Below are positions 55,883 to 64,000 of a DNA stretch of 64,000 bases, one piece after another (within the stretch, counting starts at the first letter, position 1; every line of letters starts with the position of its first letter). The DNA comes from the human T2T-CHM13v2.0 reference genome, Homo sapiens. The notes beneath the pieces are model-generated. The model made no database searches and was not told where the DNA came from. It was given only the letters and a program-made list of their open reading frames with translations. The stretch lies in assembly GCF_009914755.1 (NCBI RefSeq), contig NC_060927.1; one strand, given 5' to 3'. The position numbers and the translations under genes are program-made.

Positions 55883-57521
55883 AGATTGCTTTATCTCTTT
55901 TACCTTTCAATCTACTGTAGAGCTCAAAGAGAAAACAGGACAACTTTTATAAAAATATTGATTACTGCATGTTAGTTAAAACTCTAAAAATAAGGCACAA
56001 ATAAGGGACCATTTATACCAAATAAACTGGAAAAAATATGTATTTAAATGGTAATACCTAGGCTAGTTTGATTGCAGTAAAAACATCACACGTATCTAGT
56101 GGTTCTTAGCCCAGAATGGTGCATTAGAACCACCTGGGGAGTTTTTGCAACTTACCAATACCAACCTTCCACCTCTGCCTCAAATTCTTAGTGATGGAGT
56201 AAAACAAAGGATGCTTTTTGAAAGTAATTTTTATAATATCTTTAAATAGCCACACAAAAATGTTTGCATTTTCAAACCTCACAATCTCACTTGTGGTAAG
56301 ATATCTTTATAAAACTGGAAATTGGGAAAAAGCTGCATGAGAGAAGCTCAGAGTTGTTTATTATATTTAAAATTTTAAACAGCCAAAATCTTGAATGTGC
56401 AATATAGTAATTTCTATCCCCATCACCCCACACTCACTAATATAACAGCACCTAGTTTTAAAGTCTGTCTAGTGCAGAGCTGACTATGAAATCAGGCATG
56501 GTACAGCCTACGTGTAGCAACATCTATAACTCTAGTGGGGCTGGCAAACTCAGGGGCAATTAATACTGATGTAATTGTGGAAATTACATTAAAAAATAGA
56601 CACTGCTTATAAACAACTAGAAGGAAATAGAGAAAAATAAAAATAATTTGGCTTGTTGAGATGATGGCATTGCGTTATTTTTCTTTCATTTTGAATTCTG
56701 TTAACATAATTTTGATGTCTATAAAAACATTTTTAATGGGGACTATTGGCAGGCTAAAGATGTTTTTAGCTTTATTAATTTATCTAAAGATTGAAATGTA
56801 ATAACATCAACTGGCCAGACTCAAGTAGCTTAAACCCAGTGTCTTAAGAATCATTAGTCTTTCCCTATCACAAAGTATCCCTCTCTACCAGTGAGGTGGA
56901 AAAATGGATCATTTTTCCATTACTGGCAAACATTTGTATTAGAACATTGTCTCCCAAGATTAACATTATTCATTTTAAGGAAATAACTAGTATGAATTGT
57001 ATTCTATTAGCTAGTCACTAAGTCAGGAAGTCCTTGCAGAACGATGCAAGGAAAGTAAGATTTGGTTTCGGGGGAGGTTCAGTTAAGATAAAAAAAAAGC
57101 CCAGACAATGGCATTTGGCACCTAGAAGAGAAAAGCAACCTGAACTTCAATTTAACCCTGGGCTTAGCCATCTTTTTTATGATAAATTTTCCCCGGGGAC
57201 CTACACTGCAGATCATTCTTTATCATAGGACTTTCCCAAACAGAAGCATCTCATCCTTTGGGGCTTTCCCTGAAAAAAGTTTAATTCAAATAGGGATTTG
57301 TGTGTATCCTATGCCAGGCACAGTCACAGTCCCTGGTGTCCTAGACCTTACAATTTGAAATGAAGACTCACTTGTTCAATTTCCACTATTGAGCAATCAG
57401 CTTGCCTGGAGAAGCTAATGGTTGCTGGTAGATTATATTATTTTCTCACCTTTCAGTGGTTACATTTAAGTATGGACTTCTCAAGGGAAGCTTCATTGCA
57501 ACCACCCTCCCCACAGCATTT

Positions 57522-57841
57522 ATTTATTTATTTATTTATTCATTTACTTATGTATTTTTTGAGATGGAGTCTTGCTCTTGTTGCCCAGGCTGGAGTGCAA
57601 TGGCATGATCTCGGCTACCGCAACCTCCACCTCCCAGGTTCAAGTAATTCTCCTGCCTCAGCCTCCTGAGTAGCTGGGAATACGGGCATGTGCCACCACG
57701 CCCAGCTAATTTTGTATTTTCAGTAGAGACGGGGTTTCTCCACGTTGGTCAGGCTGGTCTCAAACTCCTGACCTTAGGTGTTCCACCCTACTTGGCCTCC
57801 CAAAGTGCTGGCATTACAGGCGTGAGCCATCACACCCAGCC
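57522..57841 (-). mobile_element. AluSp-like, full length
   Basis: ttgctcttgttgccc, gtgcaatgg, tttctccacgttggtcagg. TSD ccacagcattt / ccacaacattt. Confidence 0.95.
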
Positions 57842-58027
57842 TCCACAACATTTCTTATAGTGAAGGCATGTTAGGTCAATGGGGGAGAGATTTGCTAACC
57901 CAAGAGTCTCTAATATTAAACCCTAAACTCTCCTCAGACTTTATTCCAGGCACTTGACACTACTGGGTTGTTCATGCTCAGTTTCTTTCTTCTCCTTCCT
58001 GATCGTTGGTAGAAGTTTCAGAGGATG

Positions 58028-58190
58028 CAGTGCTTCTCAATACTAATGTGCACACAAATCACCTGGGATCCTGCTAAAAATGCAGATTCTGCTTCATCAG
58101 AACTGGGATGGGGCTTCAGATTCTGCAATTATAACAAGCCTTTTGATGCTGCTGCTTGTGTTGTTTATCTCTGTAGTATCTGTTGAATAG
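58028..58190. mobile_element. MER5-family MITE
   Basis: cagtgcttctcaa...aatcacctgggatcctgctaaaaatgcagattctg...gattctgca...taacaagc. Confidence 0.82.
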
Positions 58191-58599
58191 CTTGGGAAGT
58201 AAGCTTAACCTTGAAGGACAAGGACAGGAAAAAAATGAAACTTTTCCTACAACAGACTGGATATCAGTGTTCATTGCCCATTCCAGTAATACATATGATC
58301 ATTCTAAGCCTGAAATTTGAAGTTTTGCTACCATTTTATTTTGCTTTACAGTGATTCTCTCTTTCTTCTTTTCTAATTTCACACAGGATAAAATAGGAAT
58401 AATTAAGTAATCCCTTTATATAGCTTGTATTTTCTAGTATCCTTTGATTTAGATCTATACAAGGTATGCAGATTTTTCAACTATATTCTACTAAAGTTCT
58501 TACGATTCTAAAATCACTAAATTTTAATAAGTAATATATAATGCTCACAGCAAATGTGTGCTTCCTTGAGGAAAAGAGAAACAAAATTATTTTGGTAAT

Positions 58600-58810
58600 A
58601 ATGTAGCATAAAAATCTCCATTTGGAGTGAGAGACTTGATTTTAAGATTGAGCTGTTTTGATCTCATTGTAACTGTGGCCATTTTCTTATCTTCTCCAAG
58701 TGTTCTTCGTCATCCATAAAATGGGTATGATAACTATATCAGAGGGTATCGGAAAGTAAAAAGGAAAACAAATTATTTGAAATGCTTTGGGAACTGAAGA
58801 CACTTTAAAT
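58600..58810 (+). mobile_element. MIR-family SINE fragment
   Basis: tttggagtgagagacttg...tcatccataaaatgggtatgataacta...tgaaatgctttgggaact. Confidence 0.6.
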
Positions 58811-60189
58811 AGCTGCTAATTATTAATTATTCATTACATTTTCGTGTACCTTGCCTGAAATCACAATGTTTTATTGCATTTCACACACAAATATTTATGA
58901 ATATTACTAAATGTAGGTATAAGAGACTAAATTTGTGAAAAATCTCCTAAACTCACTGTACTTGCAGAAAGAAAACAAACTGTTATAATATCCAAAGAGA
59001 ATTTATTAAGAAAGCAATCCCCCAAACAATAAAAATGTACTAATTTTTGAAAAATAATTGTTTAAGCTGTTACAAGCGCCAGTGCTTTTTATAGCTAATA
59101 TTCTTTTCTCTAGCTTTGCTAAATTTAGTAGTTTATCTCAATTATTAAGTGACAGTAATATGTAAGTATCTAAGAGGTGAAATAAATCTACGTTAACCTT
59201 GTATAGAACGGTTTCTAAAACAATGATCAAACTTTATGAGAATGCAAAAATACTCCTTAAATATTGTAATCATCCAGAAACACTGACACACATGTCTAAT
59301 GAGTCAAAAATATTAATTTCCTTTTTCTCTCCTTCATTATATGTAAATGTTAGCAAGCCTGATGAAAGGTTGAATCAGAGATTAGCTCAAAACTGTCAAG
59401 GAGAATATCAAAACGACACCTTCTGGGGCATGTAGGCAAACCAAATGCTTAGTGGAGACAGGCTAATTTATCATAGTGCAGTTGCGATGGCAACAATAGT
59501 TCTTGGTGCCATGTGACCCAAAGCAGTTTCTGTTGACTGGCTCTAACTGACTGTCAGTTCAGCAAAGGTTCCACTGTTTGCAGTGAAAAGGAAGAGAGAG
59601 CATTGATACTTGTTGAAAAGGCATAATAATAATAGTGTATCTCAAACCATGAAAGCATCCCTTTGTTTCCTCGAAGTTTATTTTTATGCTGGCTAAAAGG
59701 ATCCCTCTAATTTTTGTTACACAAAGACCCCTTATTTATTCACAGATTAAATATGTGTCCCTCTGTTTACTAAGAATTCTATCTATGCCGATAGAGTTGC
59801 AAACAACAAGAATTTAAATCTTTCAGGATAATAATAATGTTGTATTTACAATGTGCTAAATTTTTTACAGAACTTTTTCTAGTATATTTCATAAGATCAC
59901 AAGAAATCTGGTTGTATGAAATATAAGCCAGTAACTAAATTCTCCTGCATATAATTTTTTCAAATGCAAAACATAGAGCCTGACAGTGTTCCCCTCTGAT
60001 CCGAAGAGAGCATGAGATCTTTAAGAAAGGTAGACAATAAGTATTCACTTTATTCTTCTTGTCTCCTTTTCACTGTTATTTTCATTGATGAGCAAGTAAC
60101 AAGGGCCATGGAGATAGTCACACTCTTTGATTCAACAATTCCACTCCCGGGATTTTATCTTGGGGAAACCTCACTAAAGAAATAGTTCT

Positions 60190-60410
60190 ATGACATAGAG
60201 GAGAAAGAATGAGATTTGGAGTCAGATATGAATTTCAAATCCTGGTTCTGCCACTCGCTCACTGACTGCCCTTGGGGAAGTATTTTTCCTCTATGAGCTT
60301 CGAGTTTTCTCATTTGTAAAACAGACTTCAGAGTATCCACCCTGAACAGTGTTCAGGGGCCTTATAAATCATATGTGCTAAGTGTCTGGTATATGCCCCA
60401 TGTATCTACC
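60190..60410 (+). mobile_element. MIR SINE
   Basis: tttggagtcaga...ttcaaatcctggttctgccact...ccttggggaagt...gttttctcatttgtaaaa. Confidence 0.8.
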
Positions 60411-62326
60411 AGAGCTCTCAGTATGTGGCGTTTCTCAATGCAGTATCATCTCTAAAAACATTGGAAAAACAATCCGCATTCCTAGAATTAGAAAAATGAG
60501 TTAGTAAACTGTATAAATGAGGTGTATCAACAGAATTAAGCATGATCTAATAATCATTTAAAATTTTGATGAAAAAACGTGACTATGGGAGAAATTTTAT
60601 GATATAATAAAAATAATACTATTACAAAAAGCACAAGTAAAATTATGGACTTTATAATATTCTATCACTGTATAAAATACACATGTCTGAAGATTGTAAC
60701 TGGCTAGACGAAAATACTATAGAAAGTATGATTACAAGTGATTACTGTGTTAATATTGATCCCTCCTTTAAGGTACTTCACTGTCCTTTCCATTAAAAAT
60801 ATAAGGAAAGAAAACAGTATAGAGGTTGGAGTGGTGAGAGGAATGCCTTCAATGGCTCACACCACCAACAACAGCGACTAGAATGCATTTAAAATCCCTC
60901 TTTCTCTTCCACTTAAGAATACCCATTCACCCCAAGTCCATGGGAGGCAGAGGCAAAGTTAACTAAATATGGCTCTGCAAACACTTTTGTGCATGTTCTT
61001 GGTATTCCCTGACCAGTACTGCCTCAAGGAAAAAACAGAAAAACATTTATAAGAAAGAATCCATGTGTGGAAGGATTCTAAATTACACACCAAAGAAAGA
61101 GTAAGTGGAAGAAAAGTGGGAGGTTGAGAGCAGTTTGCAAGATTGATTAAAAGGTGTGGTTCGCCTTTGGAATGCATTTGTGTTCAAATTTGAGATTTAG
61201 ATGTTTGATACCCTGGCATGTGGGAATAGCAGCTATAAGTCTTTTCCATAGGATTAGAAGTTCATTATAACCTGGAACTAATGGCCACAGGAACTAAGAG
61301 CCAAAGGATTTTCTAGCTGAGTCTTTTTAAGTGGCAGTTGAGCAGTTCACTGAGGGCCATGTTCAGTGCTGACAGCCCAGGAACGAGTGAAGAAGGCAGA
61401 TAACAAGGCATTGACAGGGGCAGCTGGGTAAGTCTCTCAGTGAATGCTGACATGCTTTCCTCTCTCAACATCCCAGCTAAACTGGCTAGTGTCCAGGTAC
61501 TATTATCTACTCTGGCAAGGACAGGCCACATTTCACTTCATGCAAAAAGTATGTCGAGCAGAAGAACTCAGGAACAGCCAAAGAAAAGTGCTTGATTCTT
61601 TATTACACTCTTCTTACCTCAACTGCTCTGCTCCTAACTATAAGGTGTTCTTAATTTACCAGTCTCTGTTAAAGAGTATTGCTGTTTTAAAGCAGAAAAA
61701 CATACACTAAAAAAGATAGAAAATATAGACTGAAAATCCATCTTGTTGGTCTTCATGGAAATTCTGTTAGTCATTATTAGGGTTCCCTACCCAAGTCAAA
61801 ATCACACTGCACCGCAGGAAACTTGTATAGCATACTCAAAACAAGGAAATGACATCTAAACTCCAGTCTAGTGTGCTCGCAACTGGCATCTTCATTAGCA
61901 AGTCAAAGTGATCTCATGAAATTGAAATTTGGTTGCTCTGTGCTTCCTTACAATACACAGTTGATATATTTGGGCTGTGGTTCTGCCTCCCTAGGTACTC
62001 CAACAGCCATCTCTCTTTGAGGTCTCACCATTCTCTAGCATGTGGCTGAGTTCCCATTGTTGTTTTAGTGACAGAAGTATCCCCTCCCCCACATCCTTAA
62101 AGAAATCATTATTGAATCTGAAGGAAGCCTCTGCCCCACTACAACCTCTCACATTCACTTTGCCTCTTCTTCAAAGGGTTTAGGCTTTTGTTTCACAAAA
62201 GCCAGCAAGACTTACAGGCTCTGCCTGGTTTGTGGTCAGCCTTATACTTCCCTGGAGAAAATGAAGCATGTGAAGCATGGAGGCTACTTGAATGGCCAAA
62301 AGGAAAAGGAGAAAATAGAGGAGAAA

Positions 62327-62432
62327 CACACACACACACATATATAATGAGCCTTAATGAATATATGTATGTGTGTATATATACACATACATCTATACAT
62401 ACACACACACACACACACACACATATGTATAT
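62327..62432. repeat. (CA)n/(TA)n/(TG)n compound microsatellite
   Basis: Read directly from the sequence. Includes the arms atgtatgtgt / acacatacat. Confidence 0.9.
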
Positions 62433-62934
62433 ATTTGATGAAGACTTACATCGTCAAGCTCTGGGACCAAGTACAAGGTAGAGAATTCGTAGAGTATGTG
62501 TGTGGTGGCAGGGGATGGGGTTACTATGTAAAAGTGAAAGCCCCAAGGCACAGGGACACTGAAACAGGAAGAGACTAAAACCAACATGAATCAATAAAGA
62601 CAAAATCACCAGGTTGAGCGGAGTAACGATTTGAGTTTCCTGATATAGGCTCTTCACACTAACACTAGGTCAGCTCTAAACATCACTGATTGCTAAATCA
62701 ATAACTGTTACAAGATTTTTGTTTTACTTTGTTTTAAGTTAAAAGAGTGTCATACTTTGTGTGGTGGTGTTCCTTAGAAGATGTGCCTGTACTTGAATGG
62801 AGCACAAGATTTTATTTTCAACGGCGAATAATCCTTGCGGTTTTTAAAACAATTGCTGCAATTACAAATAGCATTAATTATGACAATGTTTTCTTTTTAA
62901 TCATTTACACCTTCAGTTAGACTTGGGCTCTTAA

Positions 62935-63200
62935 GATTAGCTGGTTGGAGCAACATATTAACAGGACCAAGATCACAGGCGTGGATATCTTGGGGCCAGC
63001 TACGCTGACTCTATTTCATGATTATGGATTGTACTTCTAACCTCAGCCTGCCAGTTTTTAAATGCATTCTTCTGGTCTCAAGGGGTATTTTGTAAGAACA
63101 CATGAACAAATCGATGAAAATCGATTTCCTATTGGAAAAAACTCAGATTTTATGACCTACATCTCATGAGTAACCAGCCCCTTTGCATATGAGAAACAAT
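62935..63200 (+). mobile_element. MamSINE1-like ancient tRNA-derived SINE
   Basis: Decayed tRNA head (ttagctggttggagca...ccaagatcacagg...gggccagcta), then ctaacctcagcc...aaatgcat...tggtctcaagggg...tggaaaaaactca. Confidence 0.7.
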
Positions 63201-63824
63201 TAATTAATTCATTTTCAAATGGAGCTGTCTACAAGGATGTCAGGGCAAAACAAATTTACATTAAAAACATTGTTTACTCTTGACAGATCAGTAGACTGAA
63301 GTCTATATCTGCAGGAAGAAAATGTATTGCTCTTGAATAATATCCAATTAAGCTTTTCAGCATTTTCCAAGAGCATTCAAGAAGGAAAACATATCCCTTA
63401 TCAAGGATTCTTTGCCTTATAACTAACCAGGTAACTTCTAGAATCATTCTCACTATTGCTGATACAATCTATTCAAAATAATATCGTGAAGAACGCCGAT
63501 TTTATCTGTAATCTATACGGATACTGTTGTGAGTTAAAGTAAGTTTGCTAGAAATAGTCGTGGGAACCCACAGTTTTAGAGGCTCACATTCTATAATCGT
63601 TCTTGTCATGGGCTAGTCCCTTATTCAGACATTGAATAGCCTTTTTCTTTCCAGAAAACCATGGTACTTATATTTTTGTCTTCTTTTATTTTCAAGGACC
63701 ATGTAGCTTTTTTTTCATATTTATGCTCATATGCAAAGCCTATACTAGTCTTTCTTATTATTTTCTAATTTTTATTTTTTTAGATTATAGTAGCATTTTA
63801 GGCTGAATCAGGATTGTGTGAGAA

Positions 63825-64000
63825 AAGTAGCAGGGTTTAGATCGTGAACTTTAATGTGGCGCTCCAAACAGGCCTTGCCTTTACTGCAGTGGGTTAACAT
63901 GAGCATGTTTTACTCCTCTGAGCCTCAGTTTTTACATTTGTGAAATATAGGTACTGATCCCCTATATCTTAGGTTTCTTGTGAGAATGAGATTAGATAAG
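63825..64000 (+). mobile_element. MIR SINE (runs to window end)
   Basis: ctctgagcctcagtttttacatttgtgaaat...ttgtgagaatgagattagataa. Confidence 0.8.

Noticed and set aside
60340-60358. Palindrome ccctgaaca-g-tgttcaggg resembling a steroid response element
   Set aside because: Spacer is 1 nt rather than 3, and it lies inside a MIR.
62935-63000. tRNA-like sequence
   Set aside because: Too decayed to fold as a tRNA. It is the head of a SINE.

Overview
AT-rich, CpG-depleted primate nuclear DNA, almost certainly human (an AluYa5 with all five diagnostic positions and a probable AluYc1). It looks intronic or intergenic. I could not recognise any protein-coding gene. The ORF track is made of Alu antisense frames, microsatellite frames, decayed Tigger1 transposase pieces and chance ORFs. 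The window is mostly interspersed repeats: 13 Alus and a FAM, a near full-length Tigger1, MER2, MER58, MER63, MER5, MLT1 and MER21 LTRs, old L1, L2 and MIR fragments, a MamSINE1 and a tailless U2 retrocopy. Subfamily names come from recalled consensus motifs, not a database search. The notable structure is rearrangement history: (1) a ~240-bp inverted duplication (42034-42273 vs 43529-44092) with an unusually homogenised 85-bp core; (2) a perfect 219-bp tandem duplication; (3) a 259-bp duplication inside Tigger1; (4) two Alus inserted at one target site; (5) a trimeric Alu. I see no evidence for a new gene-encoded biological system.
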